DNA from: Paraspadella gotoi
Taxonomy: Eukaryota; Animalia; Chaetognatha
Reading direction: 5' to 3'
DNA: 64,000 nt
NCBI GenBank assembly: GCA_051294375.1
Contig: CM119267.1
Coordinates: 20,461,476 to 20,525,475, forward strand
Below the pieces are notes generated by a model that was not told the DNA's origin, made no database searches, and saw only the letters and a program-made list of their open reading frames with translations. A program made the translations under genes and the position numbers. Each line of letters opens with the position of its first letter. The first letter of the stretch is position 1. Positions 38,911 through 52,131 of this stretch are shown here, piece after piece.

Positions 38911-39645
38911 CTTCATAATTCCTAGTGGACTCTCCTCAACTCTCAAGTGGATTTCATTAATACTTTGGCTTACATTTTAATTTGAACATGTGTATTTAAT
39001 TTTGTAATGTACATTGATTTTACTGTGCTTTAAAAATATGTATTGAGTCAGTAGTACAGATATTATTTAAATTTGTACTAAAGATTATTTTCTTTATTTT
39101 TCTTCCAGGTTAAATTTTTAATAAAAGCGCCCCAGGATACAAACTCCAGTGGACTTCAGGATTTAAATAATAAAGTTTTTAACGCCAGGAACTCCAGTGC
39201 CCAAGAACTCAAGGACTCCAGTTTTTCGTATTTTTATAATAAAGTGGGTGGTGGTAAAAAACACCACCCAAGATTTTATTACAAATACCAAAAAATGTAA
39301 TGAGTAAATTACGCTGCATTGATCACTTATCAGGTCATTAAAATGCTGAAAATGATATTTCAATTTCTTGTCTGAAAGTGATGGAGACGGATTCGTGAAG
39401 ATGAACCTCCAAAGACTGAACTTTTCGATATGTGATATTAATTAATATTCATTTATTACCATTCATTTATCGAGAGAAAGATTAATTTAGTAAAGAACTC
39501 ATTGGATTAGATTAGATTCAATATTAGATTTGATTAATTAGATTAGATTAATTATATTAAATATTTTAATACTTAAATCACCAAATCAAGAGGTAATTTG
39601 TAAATCAAGTTTGAGTAAGAAGAACACAAATTTAAATGGTTATGG

Positions 39646-40499
39646 TTAAGAATACGCGGGAGGGGCCGGAGGTGGCGTGTACCATTTGTAATCTACGTTG
39701 GCGGGATAAGGAAAGGAGGCACCATTTGCGTACCCCATCACATAGAGCATCGGTATCTGAGATTGGGGAGCTGCGGGCGCCTGCATCCCAAACTGTATCT
39801 GTTGTGACATGCTCGGTGCAGCCATACTACCAGGTTGCTGGGGAAGGTAAGCCACAATTGGCTGCTGCTGTTGGACCACTGACGATTCTTTGTCACAACA
39901 GCGCTTGCAAAGGTCCGATTGGTGGATGGCAATAGAAACAACGATAATGCTCCAAAATCCAATGATGATGATGGCGACAGCGTCAACCAACATAATCATT
40001 GACATTGCCATCATCTCTTTATAGTAACGCGAGTACCATGGTTTAATGGCAATTTCAATCACCATCATTCCCAATGGTGTCAGCGAAAAAAATGTGACCG
40101 AAAAAACGTTAAAAACCAGAAAGGCAATCGCCAAGCTCCCCTTTTTAGAGGATGCGTAACAGCAGCCAAGGATGCCGCAAATGATGACCAATGGGCCGCA
40201 CCAGAGTCCACTTCCAAACTTTGAAGCAAGAATTATTATTATTACTATTAACCACTTATTTACATTGTACCCCGTCATACCATATGGAACGAAAAATTGG
40301 TGGTTGAAGAAGCTAGTATCAGAGCCACAAGCTCGCAAATAAACATGATTGACCCGCAGAAAGTATGCGCGAATCCCAAGCCCTTGATCGTCGCGGCGTT
40401 CAGCACATTTTGGATTGGAGGCCGTCGCTGCCCTCGAACAGACGTTGGTTGAAAGACGACGGGAATTCCTCCCTGGACGGACGGATTCACGCTCGCCAT
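39646..40499 (-). CDS. CD20/MS4A-like four-TM protein (2 exons)
   Basis: Motifs KGLGFAHTFCGSIMF and GSGLWCGPLVIICGILG, four hydrophobic segments, and a Cys-containing then Pro/Gln-rich tail ending PPAPPAYS. Confidence 0.75.
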
Positions 40500-41139
40500 T
40501 TACGAGCTTGTTCCGAGTTAACGAGGATTACGAACCGTCAATTAAGACTTACAACAACTACGTTTCGACGCGACGCCCGATTCACCGAAACAGGTTTTTT
40601 TTTTTTTTAAATACTGTAAAACTGAGTCTCGACGTGTTTTTTTCCTCCTAGTCTTCTTCCATATGACGAGTTTAAATCGGGCGCTCTGGATCTCCCCGTT
40701 TCAAACTCTGGTTGAAAATGGAAAAAAAAAAACAACAAAAAGGCAACGCCACGTCCCTCAGCAACGAATTACTAGTTTATATTGGGCAATGGGCAATATT
40801 GGGCATATATGCGTTTGCCTCATTCCATTTATCAAAATCTTTTTTTTAGATTCCTCTCGCACTTTGCTAAAACAAGCTAAAAATATTGTTTTCTCACACT
40901 AGGCTGCCTAAAATCCTTAAGTTTTTAAGGGACGACCGAAAAAGCGAAAATATTCAAAGATTTATTCTTTCTTAAAATTGTTAAAATTGTAAATCACTGG
41001 TTAGGCAAATAAATAATAGGTACTGTAATATCAGTATTGTATAAATGTTGCGTAAATATGCAAAACAATTGAGATCGGTTTAGTGAAATTTCTTTATCAA
41101 AAAATGTAATAAAAAGTGATAGTAAATACATGCCAATAA

Positions 41140-42664
41140 TCACTTGAGATCAATCTCTTCGTCCAAAAGGCCTTTCCTGATTGTGTCGACGTGTTTTTGC
41201 GTCCAAGGATTAAGTTTTGTTATCTGCTCGTACTTTTTGACGGCGGAGTCGAAGGCCGCCACGTCACACTCTTCGACGGCGTCAATCAAACTCCTGAAAA
41301 TAGTTTGTCAGATTCAGCTTCAAATTTCCCCAAATAAAATAAAAAATTCCAAAGTTTTAAACAACCCCAACCTGATTAAAATATTCTCCCTTGAGCCTTC
41401 AAACGCCGGGTGATGATCTTCGTATCGCTCGACGGATGCGCGAGCGATGACCACGTCGCAGCACAGATGCAGCAACGCGCTCTGTAATAAGTCAAAAGAG
41501 GCCCTCGTTTAAAAATAATCATCACGATGGGGCGCAAAATAGTAGGCCTACTTAACCTTTTTACCTTGAAAAACAAATCTTTGGCGCCCCACTTGAGCAA
41601 ATGATGATCGGCCCTCGAGAATCCGACCTCCTCGTAGATGTCGATGGCGCGTCGGTACTCGCCCTCCATGGCCGTGTAGTCGGCCGTCTTGAGGAGGCAC
41701 TTGGCGGCAGAACCGTTGCGGACTCCCTCTTCCCGGAAGAAATCCGCCGCCTGAGCAATAGAGGAAGACGTAAACAACACATTTCGCGAAACATAGAATG
41801 AACAGGTAACCACTAATCGTTATATACCTGACCAAAGCACTCTCCGGCCATCTTCCAGTTTTGTGTCTCCTCGTGCAACTCGGCCATCCACTGCAAGATC
41901 GTTCCCGCCTTAGAGTATTTTCCGCAATCGATCATCAGATCCGCTGCAGTTTGGAGGCATTTGAGAGCTTCGCCTGTACAGATTTAAAATAATGACAAAA
42001 ACAATAGGTTGTAAGTGTAATTGTGTAGTAACAAACCTGGATCTACCCTTTTGAAGCATCTGGCTGCGTCTCCAAGATGTAAAGCCTCTTGGTGAAATTG
42101 ACCTAATAAAAAAATGTTGAAAGAAGTATTACATTATAATAGTACGTCAAAAAACATGGTTCTCACCCAAGCAATGAGCCATTTTAGCGGCGTTGGCATA
42201 AGACAGTCCGGCGCGATCCCACTTGCTGGCGGTTTTGAATTTGTAGGCGGCCGTCAAGTAGAGTTCCTCTGCTTCCTCAACCGCTTCGCCTGATGGAGGG
42301 AGACGAAATTACGTCCACGGACGGACGCTCGCTTATTTCTATCTTCAACCATACCTCCTCCAGCGATGGACCCGAACACACCCAACACGGAATTCCTCTT
42401 GGCCTCGGCGCGCGCAAAAATTCTTTCGGCGACGGCCGCCGGATCAGGTTTAGTCTCCTTGGCTACGCCGGACTCGGCGCCGGCACCGGCTGACTTTTCC
42501 TCTGCACCGGTTTCCGTACCATCGGTGTCGCCGTAAATGGCGGTCATCATAGCTCTACGCCATCTTGATTGTCCGGCAACGGAAGCGGTCGACGCCTGGT
42601 CAGATTCCTCGTCGCGGCCGGATATCGCTCCAAAAACGGCGGATTGCCATTTTGATAATGCCAT
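41140..42664 (-). CDS. NAPA: Alpha-SNAP family protein with an N-terminal extension
   Basis: Motifs EEAEELYLTAAYKFK, KWDRAG, AADFFREE, SAAKCLLK, LLKWGAKDLFFK, PAFEGSRE and terminal EEIDLK. Confidence 0.88.
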
Positions 42665-43517
42665 TATGGGTTTATGACAGTTTTTTAATGGTCTTAAAAG
42701 TATGTCGGGGTAAGCCCATGCTGTTGACTTACATTAGGACAATCTTAAAAAAAAAAAAAAAAACACCGAAAATTATATAAGTAGAAAGAGAAAAAGAGTC
42801 GGCGGGAGTAAGAGCGCATCAAAAATAAATAAATATGGTAAAAATTAATTTGTACGTAATTTTTGAACGTGCCACGTTTTTTAAAAAAATTTAAAGAATT
42901 CTAATGCTGGAAGTGGACTAGTAAGTTTTTGGTTTCAACATAGTAAAATTAAGCATGACGCAAAATAGACGACAGTATTACAACTACTATAAAACTGTCA
43001 ACAAAGATCACTACCAGCTGTTGATCAAGTTTTTGGCGGACTCGAAGGTAAAGCCTTTTTATCTAGACATTTTTATAAACAGCATAACAATTAAAGGCCA
43101 CAAAATGTGAAACAAAATCATAAAATAAAATTTGGCGTTTTGATTGAATTCAATATGGATAATTGTCAATTTTTAAAGAAACGAAAATTACATCAATAAC
43201 TAGAATCTAGCAAAGCCAAAATATAAAGAAATTTAACTCTTCATTCACACCGATAATTGTAAAATTTAAGGAGTGAAAAGAGAAAAAAAAGAGAAAAAAA
43301 AGAACTATTGCAGAGAGAGATACGAATAAGATTTTGGAAAAAAAAAAAAAAACGAAGAACGCAGGTTTGCTGACGGGGTCCAAGAGAATCATTGCGAAGA
43401 TTCAAGGCGTCAAGGATTGTGTCTGCGGATCCCAAACCATTTCGGAAACGCCTGCTTTTCAGGGATCAATGGAAAGAGCGTAGAGAAAGAGAGCAGGAAA
43501 ATCCGGCGATTACCCAC

Positions 43518-46500
43518 TCAAATGTTGGTCGCGCTACCTCCGCTGAGAAGATCGAAACCTTGTTCCAAATACTGAAGATAAAGATGCACGACAGACGTTT
43601 GGATGACGGCGGATTGCATAAGGCGAAGATTTTCTGAGGGAATAATGTGGGAAGGCGATGGGGCGACGTCTGGGGAATAATAAATCTCAGTTATATGTAA
43701 GGGATGATTATTTAATATGATCTTAAATGAGATTGAATCTCTCAATCTCATTTACATATTGCAGTATTAAATCTAAATGTGTCCATTTTCATTTTGGATT
43801 CTGATATTAGTTCTGTTTTATGGTTTTCTAGTAGCTAAATATAGTCTTTAGCAATGTTAATGATTAACATGAGTCATAGTAATAATTTAACTAATTACTT
43901 AATAATAATACTTAAACATTTTATTACTTGAAGAGTATACTTGCTCATATTTAGTGATTCCTTTATTTGTTCAGAAGTTAAACAATTATTCAGCTTTTGT
44001 TTTGTTTTTGGGGACGCACTCTCTTGTTAGAGTCCATTTCTCCTTATCAGAGCTCAATCAGCATAAGATAAACATCCTATAAACTCTATATACACATATT
44101 AAAGACAGTTTACATAGTCAAGTCAACATTCCATCATGTAAGATATTAATGAACACTGAACCTCTTGGTACCTAGTTATATGCTTATCTTATCTCAGGCA
44201 AAAATACCCTCGTATATATGGACATAAAGATTTTAAGATTGGAAATAAATCACTAACCTTCGGGTACGTGTTGAAGAGGCGGGGGTCTAACTAAAGTTGG
44301 GCCGAATACTGTGGCCAAAGCGTGAAGCGTCATTTTGTTGGAGGACGTATAACGAGGAATCTGAGAAAAACGTTTAATCATTTAAAAACGATCCAAAAAT
44401 TTTATGATCCTCGTAATTTATTTAAGTACCTTTAATAAGTGCGTCAAAAGGAAGTGCGTGGTAGATTTGTTGGGTTCGGGGAGGGATTGAAATAACTCCA
44501 GCATCATTTTTCGTTTCAATTCAAGCGACGTCATTTCAATAGCTGACAAAAAAATAAGAAAGAAATTCAGACCAGACGAAAAGCAATAGATTTCTTCTCT
44601 GATGAATACAAAAATCCACACCTTGCGCTAATCTCGGATAAAGAAGATCGGTGAATAGAGGGTGAGGAAGTTCCCGGCAGAAGGTCTTTAAGACCCCTGT
44701 CACCACGTGAATGTCAGCATCCGCCACAGCCTTGGCTAGATTTTTCTGACCTGCGAAAAAAAGTAGACTCCTTCAGAAAAGTGATGAAATTTAAGACGAG
44801 AAGCGTGAACGCTTTTCTCGTACCTTCCTCGAAGCTCTGCTTGAGTTTATTAATCCCTCTGATGACTCCATTCACGCGATAGATGCCTTGCTCTTCAAAC
44901 CCGCGTTTCTCCACCTCGGCGACACAAAGTGACACCTAAGATTCCAGGATTAGAAGGGCAGATCCGATTTAAATCCTTTATAACAACAATAATACGCAAT
45001 AAGTCGACTCACCAAGAGAGGGAGACTCGACCTTTCCTTTTCAACGATCGTTTTGATCGGCACGCCAAAGTAACCCTTCGTCTTGGGCGTGCGGATGGCG
45101 TTTCGAGCCAGGCATGAGGTGGGGAAGAAGATAATCTCGACAGAGACGGATATTTTTTGGTCCATGTAATTCTCCTAGAATTTAATGAACAAACAAAGCA
45201 GTAAATTAACTCTCGGTAATGTTGGTCACTCTCTAATAGACTTACCTGTTGATGGAGGAGCTCGACGTTTTTGAAAAATAATTGATTCGGAAGAAACTGC
45301 TTTTTCTCGAAGGCTTCGGCTAAATTGAGGGAACCGCGGGCGATCGGTTCATCGCCGCGGTCAGTCGTTTTATACCTTATAAATAATATGGAGTGACGTC
45401 AAGGAGAAAATTTATCATTTGAGGTCGTTTCAACCGCTTCTTCATAAGCCAAGCAATACATTTTCGATAGGAAATTCCCAAGAAGTTACACTCACATCAG
45501 GATGTTGAGCTTGTGAGAGGATCTGAGTTCGATCTCAGGAAATTCGTCGTTCCAATGAGGATTCGACGAATCGACCACCAAGTTTGTCTTCGCGCAAACT
45601 TCCACGTTGTTGTACTGATCCACTTCCAGGCGACAAAAACTAGTTATTTTCCTGAAAAAAAATGAACGTAACAGGTTTTATTATCGATATAATTTCCGAA
45701 TATATATCGATGACCAATTTAAGGATTTTCTAACTTCTCACCGAGTCAATCCTTCTGCCTTCCCGACCTTGACGCTAAGAAGCCCCGTCAAGGCGGTTCC
45801 GGAATCTCTCTCCATGAGATGCGATCCGAAGGCGGAAATCTCGGGGAGCGAGGATCGATTTTCGGGTTTGTTCACTTCCACCTCGATCTCGTCCAAGTCG
45901 ATCGCTGATTGCAAATTTGACCAATAAATCATACAACAACAACAACAACCACCGGTTTTCCCGGGGCAGTCTCCTCACCCGGCCGATTGTGGATGTAAAC
46001 GGCGTTAAACTTTTGGATGCTTTGGTCTATGGCCTCCCTCCACTGCTGACGCGTCCAGTCGGACGACATGAGCAAGACAAACTTCTTGGCGGCCAAATCA
46101 GGTCGACGATTCCACAGCATGAAGACGAGGCTTGGACTCTCCAAACTGGATGCAAATCGCATTGGTTGGTGGCAGAAGTTATTGGATAAATCAAAAGTAG
46201 CCTTTTTTTTACGAACCTCCATAACTCTAACTTCTGTTCCCAATTCTTTTTAATCCTCTTGAAAGCTGCGGCAGGTTTTGACGGGCGCCTTAACGGCTCT
46301 TGACCGACGCCCCCCTCGGTCTCCTCGACGGACAATTCTTGCTGAAAGCAAATATAGGGAACTTTTATATGGGACTGTGTCACTGGCGCGGCCACAATTG
46401 TTGATATTAAAGTATTGTTTAGTATTGTACATTATTGTATAGAATTATATATGTAGAATAATTATTACCCTGCATTAAACTTACCTGCAGCCTCAGTGTC

Positions 46501-49500
46501 AGATCTTGCAGTTCTGTTTTCATCTGATCCACGTCCTTGGAGCTCTTCTTCGTCTCCGCCGGAAGATCGATGGAGAGGTCGCCCAATGATATGGCCCACT
46601 TCAACTGATACACCCATCTGAAAAAAACTATGAATATTAAAATACATGCAAAAATAACTTATTAACAAGAAAAAGTTCGGAAACGCACTTATTCGACGGG
46701 TCCAGCCTGATGCCCCAGGCGGAGACCTGTTTGAAACAGGCGACAGCGTCGTTAAAAAGGACAAAAAGGCGTAACTTCCGGATGCCTCCAGCGTCGAGCT
46801 CCACATGGAACGCGCTCTTTAAAATTCTGAGATGACGATAGTTAACAAGGGTTAGATATTCCGGTTTAACGCATTCATTTTCCTCACCTTCTTGGTCCCA
46901 AACTCGGAATAGACACGGAATCCGTCTTATTGTACTGGGCAAAAAAACCGCTACAATTTCTGTCCAAAAAAAACAAAGGCGGGGATTCTATGAATATAAT
47001 ATTTTTTTAAAAAATTTCAATTTACAAAGTCCCTTACTTTAACGCATCCTCGAGCTCGGCCCGATCCGAATGACCTTTCGGCGTTTTGCGCAAAAGCTCT
47101 TCAATGTAAAGCGAAGTCCGTTGCATCCGATTCACTGGCCACATAAGCAGATCCTCCAGCGACACTGAAAATGATAAAAAAAGAGGAAAAAATGAAATTT
47201 ATCAAAACCTTTTTTAACATTACAATTTACCTGGAAGTCGCGAATTTCCAGTGTTGAGATCCTTCAAAACATCATTGACGACCTCGTTGGTCGTTTGACC
47301 CTTGCACTTTCGCAAAGTTTCAAGGGATTTAGAGTAGTTGCGAAGAAATGCTGAAACAGGATAAACCAACAAATTGACATTAACAATTTGGTATCTTTAC
47401 TCTTCATCATTACATGTTCGTGTGAATTTTGTTCTGCCCCAAGAAAAAACTTTCCAAATTTACCCTCATAAATGTGCAATTGCCGAATCCAATTTTGGAA
47501 GACGTCAGCCACCGTAGAATCAGGAGACCAGCTTGACATCTTCACCTAAAAAAAAAACCGTTACAATGTGAAAAGACATAGGACTAGTGACCAGAGCCCG
47601 GAACCCTTCAACCATCGCCACGCCCAGTTTCACACCTCCAAAGCTCCTGCAAAGTCATCGTGAATCTTGTGAATCTCGGCGATCATGAAAAAGATCGAAG
47701 AGAGATCCTCCAGAGCGATGGAATTGAGATGTCCCCTCATGATCAACAAGGAAAGGTTCTTCTTCAACTTTATCAAATATCCGAGAATCTGACGAAGGAA
47801 CAATAGATAAACCTGCAATTTTAGCATTACACAATGACTTCTTTCTCTTGCTTACCCGCAAATACTCTTTCTCATTGTCCAGGATTGAAGCGACGTAGAT
47901 TTTCCGTTGAGAGTCATCGGCCAAAACATCCAACATCTCTACCAGATCTAACTGCACGTCGCTGATATATGAGGGAAAGACGGTCGGAAAGTCGGTCATT
48001 GTCGAATTCAGGGCAAACCTAACAAAACTCCTAACCTCGTCTCATGCGAAGATGTAGGCGTTGGTGTGGTCGAAGAGGAGCGGGCGGGAAGTTCTGTGAT
48101 TTCGTCATCTGGATTACGTAAGGACGAAAGTTATGATATTGGCGTAAGTTCAAACAATAGAAGATTTCAGCCCGACCCTGAGTTGTCGTTATTTGCGTTG
48201 CTGTCTTGTCGGTGGGGTCGCCCGCGACCCGCGGGGGCGACCGAGTTGAGCAAGTGAGGTTTTTCAAGCATTTGCGCGGAAGAGAAGCGTAGATGGCTTC
48301 GGGGTCCTGAGAATGGAAAGGCGGCTATTAATGCGAGGGAAATTCGCCAACGCGCCGTAAGAAAGACCGATCACCTCCGGACAAGCGGTGAAAGATTGAA
48401 TCATCGAGCGAAACTCGTCGAGTTCCAAAATCCCGTCGTCGGAAACCAAGGAACTCGAGCTGCGCCATCTACAGAAAAGCGGAACGTTACAAAAAATTAA
48501 GTCTCGTAAAGAAAACGAAATTAGAATATGTACCTCGTTTGCAACTCTTGAGTGAATCGCGACGTTTCCGAAATGTCTTCGTAGATGCCGTCGTGATCGG
48601 TGGCGCGGGAGAGCGGAACGGGGGAGTAGTAAATGCCTGAAGTGAAAGGGGATTAAAGAAAACTATAAATAGCCAATGTCGATCGTCGAGGTGAGGCGGA
48701 GTAAAGGAATTCCTTACCATTTGAAGAGTTAAGGCGATTAAAGGGCGTCACTCGCTCGTAATTAGAATCGGATGAGCTATCTTCAGAAGCATCGCTCACC
48801 GTCGAAAGACAGCGTCCTTGAAAGGTAAGATTGGAAAAAAATTAAAATTAAAGTCGACGACCCAAAAACTTGTCATCGAATATATACCATTATTAATAAT
48901 ATCCTCGTCCATCGACATCATCTTTCGTAGAGGGGAAGTTGATGGTGATTGGTCGAACGTGAACACTGACGCTGCGTCCTGATTGGCTGAAAAAAGATAA
49001 TATGCAATTAGTTTAAAAACCGCCAAATATAAGGCACGCGGAAGAAGTTCTTACCCGGTACTGAGTTGACCTTCTTAATAGGCAAATGGTAACGTTGCGG
49101 GAGAGGAGGCGCGACGGCTGAAGGGTTCTCGACGTATACAGTACGCGGTCTACTTTGGTAAGGTCTGTCCAGTTCTGCGTTAGCAGGCGGGTCGGATAAG
49201 CGGGTGCCAGGCGGAGGCGAATCTAGAAGAGAAAATACAAATAATTATTTAACAGAAAATATTATTAAAAAGGATCCGTCAGCTTCCCCTATATTATATT
49301 GTAAACTAACCCACGCCGGACTGTCTGCTCAGCGAGGACGTTCTTTTCGGGACAAAGGGTCGGGAGAGCGGGCTCTTGACTTTCAGCGATCCTCCAACGA
49401 CGGGAGGGGAGGAGCTAATAAAAAAGAAGAAAGTCACCGTTATTGTGGGTAAGGTTCTGCTGAACTATTCACTCTGAACTATTCAGTCTTTACACTGAAG

Positions 49501-51684
49501 GAGTGACGGGCTGGGCGAGACTGCAGGCTTGGACGTCCTCGATGGCCTCGTAGAGAGCGTCGTAACCACTGTCGCCTGGAAGAGAGATTCCATAGTTTAG
49601 CTTTGTCATTTTAATAGACAAACATTTTTTTCAATGGTCAGCGGGCAAAGACTTCGTCAACATGTTACCTTTACCTTCTTCGGGTTTCACTTTCGAGACG
49701 ACCGGCTCTGAATCATCGGCGGTTACGGGTTTGATGTCGACCACGACGCCGTTGTTGATGAAAACATTTTCGAGTGGCGGGCGAGCTCGGGACTTTAATC
49801 GTCCTGGACAAAGAAAAGGATGGACGGAAAGAAAGATTATGAATTACAATAAATGAATCCCGAAAATGAAGAAAAGGGAAGCGAGGCCTCGTATAAAAAA
49901 TAGAACCTTTCGATGGATGTGAATACATGTTTGGTGCCACCTGTTCCTCTTCCTGTGACTTGGTTCGTTGTTTTTCGTTGTTTTCGTACTCGTCGTAAAC
50001 TGGAGCGTTCATTTCTTGAAAAAAGTGGTCAGTTTTAACAGCGACGATTGATTGGTTTAAATATAAATATGAACGCATTTGCTTTGATTGGTTGACTGAT
50101 CTAATTCATAGATCTGGTGGGTATATCGAATGTAATGATTAGTTGACTTGCGGATTGCATGGTTAAAAATAAATTAGATTTGTTGATGTAAACTGATTGA
50201 TTATTCAATCGATTGATTGATTGAATGATCCTTTAACAATAAAAGTAAACACACCCGCCGAACCGCGAACAATTGCTTCGGTCAACCGCATCTTTAAATC
50301 GTCTTTGGTCGGTGTCTCCTCGGCGGCTCTTCCGTCGAGCGCCGACTCTAGACACTCTCTACAGAAGAGGATCCTCTCCAGCCGCTGCAGCGCCGCATCC
50401 TCCTCCTCATTAACGCGGTTAAGGGCGGAGACGAGAGAAGCGCGGCAATCAAGAAAGGCTGGGTCAAAGGAAGTATGTAAATCAACAAGTTTGAGCAAAC
50501 AATGTCGGATCTGCCCACGATAATTTAGCGGTTAGCAGCTAATCAGATGATTAATTATAAATATAACGAATCTTATAGCTTTTAAAATTTATTTTATTTT
50601 ATTTTTAATATTAATTTTTTATTTAAGATCATCAATTCAAGATTTTTAATTCATCATCTACAATTCATGAATTTCAGATTATGAAATAATTTTTTTTTAA
50701 TTTTCAATTTTTAATTGCCTCAAATACAAATCGTTGCCAAAACAAATCAAATTGTTTTTTTCCTAATTACTAAAACAACGAAAATAGAAAGTTTTTACAC
50801 AAAATTTTTAATTCAAAATCTATAATTAGTTCACGATCATGATCATCAATTTAAGATGCAGGAATGCAACATTTGTTAATCGATCAATGATGCGAGAGAG
50901 CAAGAGAGAGAAACAGACATAGCAAATCATAACCGATAATAAATCAATAAAAGAATATATAAATTAATCAACTGATCAATCAGCCAATCAATCATTTTAA
51001 CATTTAAATAAATGTGAACATTGTTTTGTTTTTCCACTTGCACGATTCCATCGAATCTTTATATCCAGCTCAATCACATACTTTCCTACCCATACACATA
51101 CCCAAAATTTCCATCTCAATCCATATATCCAATTATAAATTATTGGAATAATTATGAGTAAATATAAGTAAACAAATTCAAATAAATATGACTTTTGTTT
51201 TTTTCCATTTAAACTCATTTCCACTCGCACGATTCCATAAAAACTATGCAGCTCGAACATTCTGTTTCCTACCCGCACACAAAATTTCATCTCAATCCAT
51301 CCATCCAATCATGAGTAATTGGAGTTTTTTGCTAAGGGGGGGACGGACGGACTTTCAGAGACAGATGGACGGACAGACATTTTTTGCATAATTTATCATA
51401 ATTCGATGACATGATATAAGTGAATGCCCGAGAAGATTGTGGGGGTGGACCGACGGACCGACAAAGTGAATTATAGAGTCGGGATCTGCTGATAAGCAGA
51501 TCCGACTAAAAAGGAAGGTAAGCGGGGGGGGGGGACATGACATGGTTAAGAACTCACTTGAGGAAGATTCGCTGGACATCAGCCAAGAATTCTTTTCTCC
51601 ACTCCACGTCATTCCCGGCGGCGACTCAGCGAGGAATCGATCGCGCCACAGGCGAGAAAATGACTCCGCCTCCGACCCCGCCAT
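43518..51684 (-). CDS. BCR: BCR/ABR-like RhoGEF(DH)-PH-C2-RhoGAP protein
   Basis: BCR-like N-terminus FSRLWRDRFLAESPP, DH motifs ILDNEKEYL and LEDLLMWPVNRMQR, a C2 region, and GAP motifs FGVPI, EEQGIYRVNG, DIHVVTGVLKTFCRELPHPLFT and NKMTLHALATVFGPTL. Confidence 0.88.
43694..44219. mobile_element. Interspersed repeat, copy 1, in the last BCR intron
   Basis: About 520 bp highly similar to 52301-53596. Carries the palindrome AAATGAGATTGAA..TCAATCTCATTT. Ends are weakly inverted. Confidence 0.8.
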
Positions 51685-52131
51685 CTTTGATTCCCAAGAA
51701 CGGTTGTTTCACTTCCAGACCTCCAGATGGGCTCACCACCATCGGTTTACGGACCCATCACGAACAAACGTAATAGATTAAAAATAAAAGTGGGATGCAC
51801 ACGTTACATATCGGAAGGCGCTTGAGGTGTTTTAAGGAGAGACGGTGGTTGACGTCCGCATGAAAAACCAAACAAACAAAAAAATCTGAAACATCAAAAC
51901 AAGTGAATAAAAAATCATCATAGAGCATCGATTAATACTCAAAAATTTATAACTAAAAACCGTAAAAATCATTAGGCACTAAAAACGGATCATCTATATA
52001 AAAAACATCGAATTTCCATATATGTAATTATGTATATATAAAATATTCAAGCTAATATATTGTCCTCGTCATCACGCCGCGAGAGGGCGAGATGAATAAG
52101 CGCGAAGAAAGAGCTCGGCTCCATTTTCGGA

